Of a stretch of DNA of 57,483 bases, positions 16,653-24,326 are shown piece by piece. Under the pieces are notes generated by a model. The model saw nothing but the letters and a program-made list of their open reading frames with translations. It searched no databases and had not been told where the DNA came from. Numbering within the stretch: the first letter of the stretch is position 1; every line of letters begins with the position of its first letter. The position numbers were made by a program, and so were the translations under genes. This stretch comes from a virus. The stretch is taken from IMG/VR virus record IMGVR_UViG_3300028840_004876. One strand, written 5' to 3'.

Positions 16653-18681
16653 GGTCACAGTGATAGAGCTTGAGACCCACGACGGTCGAGTCGTCAATCT
16701 CGTTGAGCACGCCCGTGAGCTGCCAGAGTTCACGGGCGTTCAGCGGGTCTACGCCGACTGCGAGACCACGTCCGGCGACCCGAAGGTGAAAGCCTTCAAG
16801 CCGTACGGTGGGCATCGCATCGCTGGCGTGGCCGTGCTGCGCGACGACGAGGCGACGGCGTGGTACGTCCCGGTGCGCCACAAGCATGGGCGCAACATCC
16901 CGGCGCAGGCGGTGCGTCGCTGGCTCCGAGACATGATGACCGTCCCGGAGTGGGTGAACCACAACGTCAAGTTCGACGCGCACTTTGTCGCGTGCGCCGG
17001 CCGTGGCGACGAGCTCGTCTTCCCTGGCCGCATGATCGACACCGCCACGCTCGCCAAGTGCCACGACACGGATCGCATGGGTCACGGGCTCAAGGCGGTA
17101 TGCGCCGACTGGCTCGAGCAAGATCTCTCTGAGCAGGACGAGGTCGAGGCGTACCTGAAGAACGAGAAGACCAAGGACTACGGGGAGCTGCCAGCGGATC
17201 TCTGCGGGCGGTACGCCGGCCAGGACGTCTTGATGAACCGCGAGCTCATGCGGTTCCTCGAGGACCAGCGGCCGGAACAGATGCGCGACACGTGGGAGAC
17301 CGAGATCCTTCTCACGCCTGTCCTCTTCGACATCGAGCGAGCGGGCATGCGTGTGAACGATCTCGCCGTGAAGAAGCTCAAAGTCAAGACGCTGCGGTCG
17401 ATACTCGGGGCGCAGCAGGAGATCGTGGACCTCACTGACGGCCGCGAGTTCGTCGACTCTAGCAAGAACCTGTACGACCTCATCGTGAACGTGCTCGGTC
17501 TTCCGGTCCTCAAGTGGAACACGGACCCCGAGTCGAAGGAGCGTGGCTCGCCGTCCTTCGACAAGGAAGCGCTTGAGCTGTACGGTATGCACCCCGAGGT
17601 GCTTCACCAGCCGAGGAACGCGCGCGTGATCGAGCTCATCAAGTCGGCGCGCGCTGAGTCGCACTTCCTCAGCAACTACTTGGAGGTCTTCGGTCAGGCG
17701 GTTGAGACCGGTGGCTTCGTTCATCCGAGCTTCAACCAGCTCATTCGGACGGGGCGCATGAGCGCCTCGGACCCGAACGTGATGGGGATGAGCAAGGCCG
17801 CCAAGGATCTCATCATCCCCGACGACGACGAGTACGGCATCCTCACTGCGGACGCAGAGCAGATTGAGTTCCGTCTCATCGTCCACTACATCCGTGATGC
17901 CGATGCGATCGCAGCGTACGCGCGTGACCCGGACACGGACTTCCACATGTGGGCGGCGCGGCTGTGCGAGGTCGAGCGCACGCCCGCGAAGACTCTCAAC
18001 TTTGCGATGGGCTACGGCGCAGGGAAGAAGCGCGTCGTGTCGCTGCTGCTCACGGACCCCACGATCATGCACGACGTCGGCGAGATCATCGCCCAGCAGA
18101 TCGAGGAGGGTCGCGTACCCGAACGCCTACGCGCACAGGCGTACCACCGGCTGTGCGAGCGTCGCGCGCAGGGCGTGTACACGCGGTACCACGAACGCCT
18201 GCCCGGGATCAAGAGGACCTCGCGAGCTGCGGCGCAGAAGTGCATCATGCGTGGGTACGTCTTCAACCCGTTCGGCCGTCGCCGTCACTTGCCGCCTCGC
18301 GCTGCGCACAAGGCCTTCAACACCATCGTCCAGGGCGGTGCGATGGACATCATCAAGCGGCGGATGATTCGGTTGGCTCCGCGTTACAACTCGTGGGTGC
18401 GGAACAGCGACATCCGTCTCTTCGGAAACGTCCACGATGAGCTGCCGCTTCACGGGCCACGCGAGGCGCTGGAGGACCCGAAGATCCAGGCGCGCATCCA
18501 CGCGGTGCTCGAGACCACAGACATCGACTTCCGGGTTCCGTTCACCTGGGAGGCCGGCTACTCACCGCTGTCGTGGAAGGCGGCGGGAGCGAAAGAGAAC
18601 GTCATCGACAAGATCCGGCTGCGGAAGATCGCCCTCGAGGAGGGCTTCCTCGGCCCGCAAATGCGGAGGTACTACGAGTGA
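16639..18681 (+). CDS. Family A DNA polymerase with a 3'-5' exonuclease domain
   Basis: YADCETT (ExoI), NHNVKFDAHF (ExoII), YAGQDV (ExoIII), ADAEQIEFRLIVHY (motif A), RTPAKTLNFAMGYGAG (motif B), NVHDEL (motif C). The start is GTG 16639 or GTG 16660. Confidence 0.93.
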   Translation: MRRSEVTVIELETHDGRVVNLVEHARELPEFTGVQRVYADCETTSGDPKVKAFKPYGGHRIAGVAVLRDDEATAWYVPVRHKHGRNIPAQAVRRWLRDMMTVPEWVNHNVKFDAHFVACAGRGDELVFPGRMIDTATLAKCHDTDRMGHGLKAVCADWLEQDLSEQDEVEAYLKNEKTKDYGELPADLCGRYAGQDVLMNRELMRFLEDQRPEQMRDTWETEILLTPVLFDIERAGMRVNDLAVKKLKVKTLRSILGAQQEIVDLTDGREFVDSSKNLYDLIVNVLGLPVLKWNTDPESKERGSPSFDKEALELYGMHPEVLHQPRNARVIELIKSARAESHFLSNYLEVFGQAVETGGFVHPSFNQLIRTGRMSASDPNVMGMSKAAKDLIIPDDDEYGILTADAEQIEFRLIVHYIRDADAIAAYARDPDTDFHMWAARLCEVERTPAKTLNFAMGYGAGKKRVVSLLLTDPTIMHDVGEIIAQQIEEGRVPERLRAQAYHRLCERRAQGVYTRYHERLPGIKRTSRAAAQKCIMRGYVFNPFGRRRHLPPRAAHKAFNTIVQGGAMDIIKRRMIRLAPRYNSWVRNSDIRLFGNVHDELPLHGPREALEDPKIQARIHAVLETTDIDFRVPFTWEAGYSPLSWKAAGAKENVIDKIRLRKIALEEGFLGPQMRRYYE

Positions 18682-19928
18682 AGAAGGAAGACGGGACCGC
18701 AATCGGAGTCCACGCGTTCGCGGGTGGCCTCACACTGGGCATGGACCGCGTGTTCAACGTCAAGGGTCAACTCGAAGTCTTCGACCTCGGCTGCGACAGC
18801 GTGCGTCACAATCTCGGGATCCCCGTCGTCCGTTGCGACGACGCGTCGTGGATGGACTCGCCGCCCGAGTGGGCCGAGAAGGCGCAGATCGTCTTCGGCA
18901 ACCCGCGGTGCACGGCGTTCAGCTGTCTCAACCGCGGGTGCGGGAAAGACGGGTACGGGCCCGAGGGCCGCGCGACCAAGGACGTTCGGCAGGCCGTCGA
19001 CTTCGTGGAGCGCGTGCGTCCGCACGTGTTCGTGTGGGAGTCCGTTCAGCCAGCGATCACCGCGGGCCTTCCGCTCGTCCTCGACATCGAGGAGCGCCTC
19101 GCCAAGCTGCGGTACTCGCCGACGCGGCTGCTGCTCAACGCAGCGACGTGGCACAACTCGCAGAACAGGCGTCGCTTCTTCCACGTGTTCACGAAGCCTG
19201 GCATCCACTTCTGGCCCGACGTCCCGGAGGTCCCGAAGAAGTGGCTCACCGTCCGCGAGGTGATCGAGGACCTCGCTGAGCACGAGGTGACCAGCGACCA
19301 TCAGTGGAACTACGAGACACCGGAGGACGCGGCGCAGGACGAGGTGCTCAACCACCACTGGTGGGACGACCCGTGCTTCACGCGTCTCGTCTGCTCGCTC
19401 GTCCCGCCAGGGCGCTCGATGAATGACGTGCCGTGGGACGACCTGCTCAAGATCCAGGCGGAGGGATTCAGCGGTTACGTCGACGGCTACCTCAGAGGCG
19501 CAGGCTCGTTCTCGCGTCACGCCGCGCGACGTCTCCATCCCGACGGCGCGAGCCGCGTCGTGTACGGTGGCTGGCACATGACGATCCACCCGTGGCTCGA
19601 CCGCGGCGTCACCGTGCGTGAGACCGCGAGGCTCATGGGGTTCCCCGACGACTGGGTCTTCCTTGGTCCGGCCGGTGGCTACGCGCAGATCGGGAAGGGC
19701 GTCGTGCCGGCCGTCGCGGAGTGGCTCGCGTGGCAGATCCTTCGAGCCATCGACTCGCCGAACCCGACCAAGCGCAAGAAGGAGTGGCGGTTCAACACGC
19801 GGACGCGGATGGTCGAGGAGCGCCGCGTGCCGGATGGCGAGGTGCGCACGTTCGATCTCACGCGCATGACTGCGAAGGTGCCGCGCCCGAAGCTCGCGCC
19901 TCGACGGAGCGTGTTCGAAGGCTACTGA
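18678..19928 (+). CDS. DNA (cytosine-5) methyltransferase-like protein with atypical catalytic motifs
   Basis: GTGA overlap with the polymerase stop. HAFAGGLTLG (motif I), FGNPRCTAFS (motif IV, PRC instead of PC), FVWESV (motif VI, ESV instead of ENV), SQNRRRFF (motif VIII), TVRETARLMGFPDDW (IX), GKGVVPAV (X). Confidence 0.8.
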   Translation: MKKEDGTAIGVHAFAGGLTLGMDRVFNVKGQLEVFDLGCDSVRHNLGIPVVRCDDASWMDSPPEWAEKAQIVFGNPRCTAFSCLNRGCGKDGYGPEGRATKDVRQAVDFVERVRPHVFVWESVQPAITAGLPLVLDIEERLAKLRYSPTRLLLNAATWHNSQNRRRFFHVFTKPGIHFWPDVPEVPKKWLTVREVIEDLAEHEVTSDHQWNYETPEDAAQDEVLNHHWWDDPCFTRLVCSLVPPGRSMNDVPWDDLLKIQAEGFSGYVDGYLRGAGSFSRHAARRLHPDGASRVVYGGWHMTIHPWLDRGVTVRETARLMGFPDDWVFLGPAGGYAQIGKGVVPAVAEWLAWQILRAIDSPNPTKRKKEWRFNTRTRMVEERRVPDGEVRTFDLTRMTAKVPRPKLAPRRSVFEGY

Positions 19929-19957
19929 GAAAAACTCTGAGTTAGCGGAGATTGCTG

Positions 19958-19986
19958 TTGACGGCCCATGGCCCGTGGTGTAGAAT
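19958..19986 (+). promoter_or_regulatory. Early promoter P1: TTGACG, 17-nt spacer, TAGAAT
   Basis: Exact 17-nt spacer. CTGAGAAAAACTCTGAG lies upstream at 19925. The conserved leader aacagtcgattgaaaccacgggccgcacagaacaggag follows. Confidence 0.7.
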
Positions 19987-20034
19987 TTCAACAGTCGATT
20001 GAAACCACGGGCCGCACAGAACAGGAGACGAACA

Positions 20035-20499
20035 ATGGCTAACACCGACAAGCAGCTTCAGGAACTCTTCGACAACGCCGATCGCTTCGGCCGCCACAGC
20101 GCGACCATCGGCGGCATCGAGTTCATCGTCCGCGTTCGGACCGACGGGATCGTCGTCGTGGTCGATGGCGACGAGGACAGCCGCGAGGGGTTCGACACGA
20201 TGGACGACGCGCTGCACGCCGCTGCGGACCACATCGCGATGGTCGAGGACGCGACGCTCGCCGAGATGGCGCATGACGAGCCGTCCGACAAGTTCGAGTT
20301 CGAGGCGCTCGTCGGCGAGACGGACGTCACCTTCAAGGCGCCGAAGACCTTGGCCATCAACGAGTGGATGCGACGCGCCCTCGTCCACGCGATCATCGAA
20401 GGCGAGGAGCCGACGGCCGACACGCTCATCTGCCTCAAGCGGGCGGGCACCTCCGAGGACGACGCCTTCTTCGCCAACGTTTCCGACCTCACCTGCTAG
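20035..20499 (+). CDS. Hypothetical early protein, strongly acidic (154 aa)
   Basis: The start was moved to ATG 20035, which follows gaacaggagacg. By my count it has about 34 Asp+Glu and 13 Lys+Arg. It is the first gene behind P1. Confidence 0.65.
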   Translation: MANTDKQLQELFDNADRFGRHSATIGGIEFIVRVRTDGIVVVVDGDEDSREGFDTMDDALHAAADHIAMVEDATLAEMAHDEPSDKFEFEALVGETDVTFKAPKTLAINEWMRRALVHAIIEGEEPTADTLICLKRAGTSEDDAFFANVSDLTC

Positions 20500-20507
20500 A
20501 GCTGCGC

Positions 20508-20536
20508 GCCGGGCGCCTCCACGAGGGGCGCCCGGC
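20508..20536 (+). terminator. Hairpin terminator gccgggcgcc-tccacgagg-ggcgcccggc
   Basis: 10-bp GC stem with a 9-nt loop. The stem-loop is identical to the one at 24604..24632. Confidence 0.55.
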
Positions 20537-20539
20537 TGA

Positions 20540-20555
20540 CTGAGAAATTTCTCAG
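20540..20555. promoter_or_regulatory. Perfect 16-bp palindrome CTGAGAAATTTCTCAG upstream of P2, an operator or UP-like element
   Basis: Self-complementary. Related CTGAGAAA motifs occur at 7020, 19925, 24230 and 24636, each upstream of a predicted promoter. Confidence 0.5.
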
Positions 20556-20562
20556 AAGGTTG

Positions 20563-20591
20563 TGGACGGGTCGTGGCCGCAAGCGTACACT
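20563..20591 (+). promoter_or_regulatory. Early promoter P2: TGGACG, 17-nt spacer, TACACT
   Basis: Same architecture and leader as P1 (aacagtcgattgaaaccacggccgca...gaacaggag). Confidence 0.65.
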
Positions 20592-20644
20592 AGCAACAGT
20601 CGATTGAAACCACGGCCGCACGGAACCACGAACAGGAGCCAGCC

Positions 20645-20863
20645 ATGAAGTTCGGAATCACGATTCGCGAGGCGTACGCCGCGCTGAAGAAGCCGGGCAT
20701 CTTCATCGACGCCGCTGTCCGCCTCTTCGAGGAGGACTCGGTACACGTGTCGCTCACGAAGGCCGCGCTGCGCGAGCGACTGGACTCGGCTGCGGCCGAG
20801 CTGGGGATGAACCATCGCACCAACATCGACGTCGACGCTGACGGCAACCTTTGGGTCGAGTAG
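20645..20863 (+). CDS. Hypothetical early protein (72 aa)
   Basis: ATG follows gaacaggagccagcc, behind P2. Confidence 0.6.
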   Translation: MKFGITIREAYAALKKPGIFIDAAVRLFEEDSVHVSLTKAALRERLDSAAAELGMNHRTNIDVDADGNLWVE

Positions 20864-20886
20864 TGAACCAGGAACAGGAGACTACG

Positions 20887-21399
20887 ATGAACGCTTCGCA
20901 GACGAGAGCCGTGACGCTGGTCGAGAACTTCAACCGTCACACGGACACGGGCGACATCGTCGAGTTCGCCGTCGATGACCTCACCGTCAAGGTGTGGCGC
21001 GACGAGCTCGGCCGGACCCGCGTCGACGCCGGCGGCCGCAGCGCCGCCTTCGACTCGGCGCTCGCCGCCGAGAACGCCCTCCGCTTCAAGCTCGGCCTGC
21101 CCGAGCGTACGACGCGGCGCACGGGCGCCGCGGCCGAGTACTACGCCCAGGCCGTCGAGCAGACCGTTCAGCGCACGGGCGCCGAGCTGCTGCGCAACAT
21201 GCGCGACCTGGCCGAGCACCTTCAGCGCGAGGCGCAGCGTCTCGAGGACGCGCTCAACGCCGAGCAGGTGGTTCGCGGGACCGTCAACAGCCTGGGCGTC
21301 TGCCAGACCCGCGCCACGGAGGTCGACCGCCTGTGCGCCGTCCTCACCGAGCAGGTCGAGGCGCGTACCATGGTCCGCACGATGGTGAAGGGAAAGTAG
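20887..21399 (+). CDS. Hypothetical early protein (170 aa)
   Basis: The start was moved to ATG 20887, which follows ggaacaggagactacg. Confidence 0.6.
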   Translation: MNASQTRAVTLVENFNRHTDTGDIVEFAVDDLTVKVWRDELGRTRVDAGGRSAAFDSALAAENALRFKLGLPERTTRRTGAAAEYYAQAVEQTVQRTGAELLRNMRDLAEHLQREAQRLEDALNAEQVVRGTVNSLGVCQTRATEVDRLCAVLTEQVEARTMVRTMVKGK

Positions 21400-21401
21400 A
21401 G

Positions 21402-21875
21402 ATGAGCGGCAGGATCTACATCCGCGACGCGCGGACCGGCGAGGAGCTCAAGAGCCATTCGATGCACGGGCGACGTCTCGAGGGTTGCTCGTCCGCGCCC
21501 ATCATCGAAGGGCGCCGCGTGATGAACGCGCGGACCGCCGTGCACACCTTCCGCACCTCGCGCCAGCGGGCCGAGAACTGGATCGTCGGTCTCAAGGCTC
21601 TGCCCGACCCGCGCCAGCCGCTCCAGGTCAAGATGTGGTGGGGCCCGGAGCACGCTGAGACCGTGTGGCTGCTCGACCACGATGGGAGCGAGCTCGTCGA
21701 TGAGCACCCGCGCTACATCACCCGCGAGGAGTTCCTCGCGCTCAGCGCGGCGCAGGCGGCGGGCACGCACCCGCGCGACCCGGAGCCGCAGAGCGCCGCG
21801 CGGACCGAGGAGCAGGTCCAGGCGGACATCGACCGGTGGGAGCAGTGGGAGAAGGAGAACGGGTACTACGACTGA
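21402..21875 (+). CDS. Hypothetical early protein (157 aa)
   Basis: ATG 21402 lies inside the long Arg-rich track ORF 20994..21875. The plausible protein sequence begins at MSGRIYIRD. Confidence 0.55.
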   Translation: MSGRIYIRDARTGEELKSHSMHGRRLEGCSSAPIIEGRRVMNARTAVHTFRTSRQRAENWIVGLKALPDPRQPLQVKMWWGPEHAETVWLLDHDGSELVDEHPRYITREEFLALSAAQAAGTHPRDPEPQSAARTEEQVQADIDRWEQWEKENGYYD

Positions 21876-21884
21876 GTCGATCAC

Positions 21885-21912
21885 GCGGGGACCTTCGGGT
21901 CCCCGCTCTTTC
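21885..21912 (+). terminator. Intrinsic terminator gcggggacc-ttcg-ggtccccgc followed by tctttc
   Basis: 9-bp stem, tetraloop and a T-rich tail. Confidence 0.65.
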
Positions 21913-21925
21913 GCAGGTAAAGTAC

Positions 21926-21945
21926 ACATTGCGTATCCGCAATGT
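21926..21945. promoter_or_regulatory. Perfect 20-bp palindrome ACATTGCG-TATC-CGCAATGT just upstream of the RBS of the sugar operon
   Basis: 8-bp arms with a 4-nt spacer. It ends 15 nt before ATG 21960. Confidence 0.5.
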
Positions 21946-21959
21946 CGAGAGGAGGAAGC

Positions 21960-22559
21960 ATGCATCAACTCAGAGTTGCGAGCGTCGCCCCCTTCGAGGG
22001 AGTGAAGCTCGTCAAGTACGGTCGCTTCGACGACGAGCGCGGGTACTTCGCCGAGCCGTTCCGCGCCAGCCAGATGGCCGACGTCGTCGGCGCGCCCATC
22101 GTCCAGATGAACGAGTCGCTGTCGCACGCGGGCGTACTCCGAGGTCTCCACTTTCAGTGGGCGCCCTTCATGGGCAAGCTCGTTCGCGTGATCGACGGGT
22201 ACATGGTCGACATCGTGTGCGACATCCGCGTCAACTCGCCGACGTACGGCGTGGTCCAGATGGTCCGCATGCTCCCTGGCAGCGGATGGATCTGGGTCCC
22301 GCCGGGTTTCGCACACGGGAACGCGTTCCCGGTCCGCACGCGCATTCAGTACCTGTGCACGGGCGAGTACTCGCAAGAGACGGAGGCCTGCCTGTCGCCA
22401 CTCGGGACGGACCTCGACTGGTCCCTCTGCGACCCCGCCGTGCTCGAGGTCGTGCGCGCGTGCCCGACCATCTCGATGAAGGACCGCGACGGCTACTCGG
22501 CGCAAGAGTGGCTGGCCGACGAGCGGTCGATGAACTTCCTGTATGAGGACCTCCGATGA
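21960..22559 (+). CDS. rmlC: dTDP-4-dehydrorhamnose 3,5-epimerase-like cupin (RmlC family)
   Basis: FDDERGYFAEPF, VLRGLHFQ, KLVRVIDGYMVDIVCDIRVNSPTYG and WVPPGFAHGN. The start was moved to ATG 21960, which follows gagaggaggaagc. Confidence 0.85.
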   Translation: MHQLRVASVAPFEGVKLVKYGRFDDERGYFAEPFRASQMADVVGAPIVQMNESLSHAGVLRGLHFQWAPFMGKLVRVIDGYMVDIVCDIRVNSPTYGVVQMVRMLPGSGWIWVPPGFAHGNAFPVRTRIQYLCTGEYSQETEACLSPLGTDLDWSLCDPAVLEVVRACPTISMKDRDGYSAQEWLADERSMNFLYEDLR

Positions 22560-23281
22560 CCCGCGACGCCAGCGTCCTCTTCACCGGCGGCTCGGGCCTC
22601 TTGGGCGCCGCCATGCGAGCCAGGCGCCCCGGCCTCAGGTACCCGCCTAGGGGCGCGTTCGATGTAACCCGCCCGTCGGCAATGCGAAACTACGTGGAGG
22701 CCCTTAGCCTGTCCTGTATCGTCCACGCAGGGGCCTTTACGTCCCCACCACGGGTAGACGCTGACCCTGCCCGGGCGATCGAGGTCAACGTGGCGGGCAC
22801 CGCGCACGTGGCCGCGCTGTGCGCGGCGCGGAAGCTGCGCCTCATCTACATCTCGACGGACTACGTCTTCCGTGGCACGCGAGGACCGTACGCCGAGGAC
22901 GATCCCGTGTACCCCGTCAACTGGTACGCGTGGTCGAAACTCGGAGGTGAGTGCGCCGCTCGTCTCTGTCCGGGCAGCCTCATCATCCGCACCTCGTTCG
23001 GACCGGACGAGTTCCCGTACGAGAAGGCGTTCTACGATCAGCTCACGTCGCGGGTCTCGGTGAGCGTGTTCGCAGACGCGCTGTCGCGACTCATCGACTC
23101 GGACGTGTCCGGAGTCCTGCACGTGGGCCACTACGAGGGCCGCTCCGTCCTGGCGTTCGCGCGGGAGCAAGGCGCGGCGCCGGAGCAAGTCACTCGCTTC
23201 GACATGCCGTTCGCTGTTCCGTATGACACCACGCTCGACGTCGACCGATGGCTCGAGCTCAACGAGGAAGGACGTGTGTGA
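22556..23281 (+). CDS. rmlD: dTDP-4-dehydrorhamnose reductase-like SDR (RmlD family, short form, 241 aa)
   Basis: ATGA overlap with the upstream stop. LFTGGSGLLGAA (Rossmann), YISTDYVF and NWYAWSKLGGE (YxxxK). Confidence 0.7.
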   Translation: MTRDASVLFTGGSGLLGAAMRARRPGLRYPPRGAFDVTRPSAMRNYVEALSLSCIVHAGAFTSPPRVDADPARAIEVNVAGTAHVAALCAARKLRLIYISTDYVFRGTRGPYAEDDPVYPVNWYAWSKLGGECAARLCPGSLIIRTSFGPDEFPYEKAFYDQLTSRVSVSVFADALSRLIDSDVSGVLHVGHYEGRSVLAFAREQGAAPEQVTRFDMPFAVPYDTTLDVDRWLELNEEGRV

Positions 23282-24246
23282 TGCGCATCGTACTCTGCGG
23301 AGGTGGGGGCTTCATCGGCTCGGCGCTGGCGCCCGAGCTCGTCCAACGCGGCCACGACGTCACGGTGCTCGACCTCTTCTGGTTCGGGCGCGCGATGCCG
23401 AGCGACGTCACGGACGTGAAGCAAGAGCTCTTCGACTGCTGCGGCGACGACTTCGAGAATGCGGACGTCGTCGTGTTCCTGGCCGGCCTGTCGAACGACC
23501 CGATGGCCGAGTTCAGCCCGGCTCTGAACTTCAAGTACAACGCCGCGCTCCCTGCGCTGCTCGCGTTTCTCGCGCGTGGCATCGGCGTGCGTCGCTTCGT
23601 CTACGCCTCGAGCTGCTCCGTGTACGGGTGGGCGCCCGACGAGGAGCAGACCGAGAGCGGCACCATCGACTGCGACTACCCGTACGGCATCGCGAAGCTT
23701 CAGGGCGAGGCCGGCGTTTCTCGGATGCTGTGCGACGGAGAGTTCGAAGTCGTCGCGCTGCGGAAGGGAACCGTCTGTGGTCACAGCCCGCGCCCGCGTG
23801 CGGACCTCATCGTGAACGCGATGATCAAGTCCGCGCTCACCGAGGGCGTCATCTACATCAACGACGCCACGACGTGGCGTCCGCTACTCAGCGTCCGCGA
23901 CGCCGTGCGTGCGTACGTGCGTGCGATCGAGGGACGCGCCAGCGGCGTGTTCAACGTCGCGAGCGTGAACGCGACCGTGCGCGAGGTCGCGGACGACGTG
24001 CTCGCGACGCTGTGCCTGTTCAAGTACGGCGCCGGCGTCGAGATCGTGCACCGCATGCGGAAGGACCGCCGCAGTTACCGCGTGAGCACCGCGTCGTTCC
24101 GCGCCGTGTTCGGCAACTGCTTCAGCGACGGCGTACGCGACATGGCCGCGAGCGTCCTTCAGAACCTCGAGGCGTACGGGGACTTCAGCGACCCCGCGCT
24201 GAGCAACATCGAGACGTTCAAGGCCCTCGGAGAAAATCTCAGTTAA
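23281..24246 (+). CDS. NAD-dependent sugar epimerase/reductase (extended SDR). It lacks the TDE dehydratase triad.
   Basis: TGATG overlap with the upstream stop. LCGGGGFIGSAL, YASSCSVYG and YPYGIAKLQGE (YxxxK). The sequence is SCS where 4,6-dehydratases have TDE. Confidence 0.8.
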   Translation: MRIVLCGGGGFIGSALAPELVQRGHDVTVLDLFWFGRAMPSDVTDVKQELFDCCGDDFENADVVVFLAGLSNDPMAEFSPALNFKYNAALPALLAFLARGIGVRRFVYASSCSVYGWAPDEEQTESGTIDCDYPYGIAKLQGEAGVSRMLCDGEFEVVALRKGTVCGHSPRPRADLIVNAMIKSALTEGVIYINDATTWRPLLSVRDAVRAYVRAIEGRASGVFNVASVNATVREVADDVLATLCLFKYGAGVEIVHRMRKDRRSYRVSTASFRAVFGNCFSDGVRDMAASVLQNLEAYGDFSDPALSNIETFKALGENLS

Positions 24247-24259
24247 CTCTGAGTTTGCT

Positions 24260-24288
24260 GTGGACGGGTCGTGGTCGCAACGCTACAC
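24260..24288 (+). promoter_or_regulatory. Early promoter P3: TGGACG, 17-nt spacer, TACACT
   Basis: The spacer ggtcgtggtcgcaacgc is nearly identical to that of P2. The leader ends in acacgaacaggagacgacg followed by ATG. Confidence 0.65.
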
Positions 24289-24326
24289 TAGCAACAGTAG
24301 AAGTGAAACACGAACAGGAGACGACG

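Noticed and set aside
16576-18072. 498-aa minus-strand ORF antisense to the DNA polymerase. The same applies to 4812..6410, 9496..10917, 18672..20051, 21222..22505, 33064..34257, 44333..45796 and 48913..49950.
   Set aside because: Each one overlaps a + strand gene that has clear motifs or clear module context. Their compositions are Arg/Gly/Pro/His-rich. I found no independent evidence for any minus-strand gene in the window.
14366-18681. Z-genome (2-aminoadenine) cluster, considered because of the MazG-like gene next to a PolA
   Set aside because: There is no PurA-like PurZ (no GDEGKGK P-loop protein) and no HD-type dATPase. The neighbouring enzyme belongs to the ThyA family, which points to pyrimidine C5 chemistry instead.
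23281-24246. Calling the SDR an RmlB-type 4,6-dehydratase, which would complete a canonical rhamnose pathway
   Set aside because: The catalytic T-D-E triad position reads S-C-S, so a dehydratase assignment is not supported. I left it as a generic epimerase/reductase.
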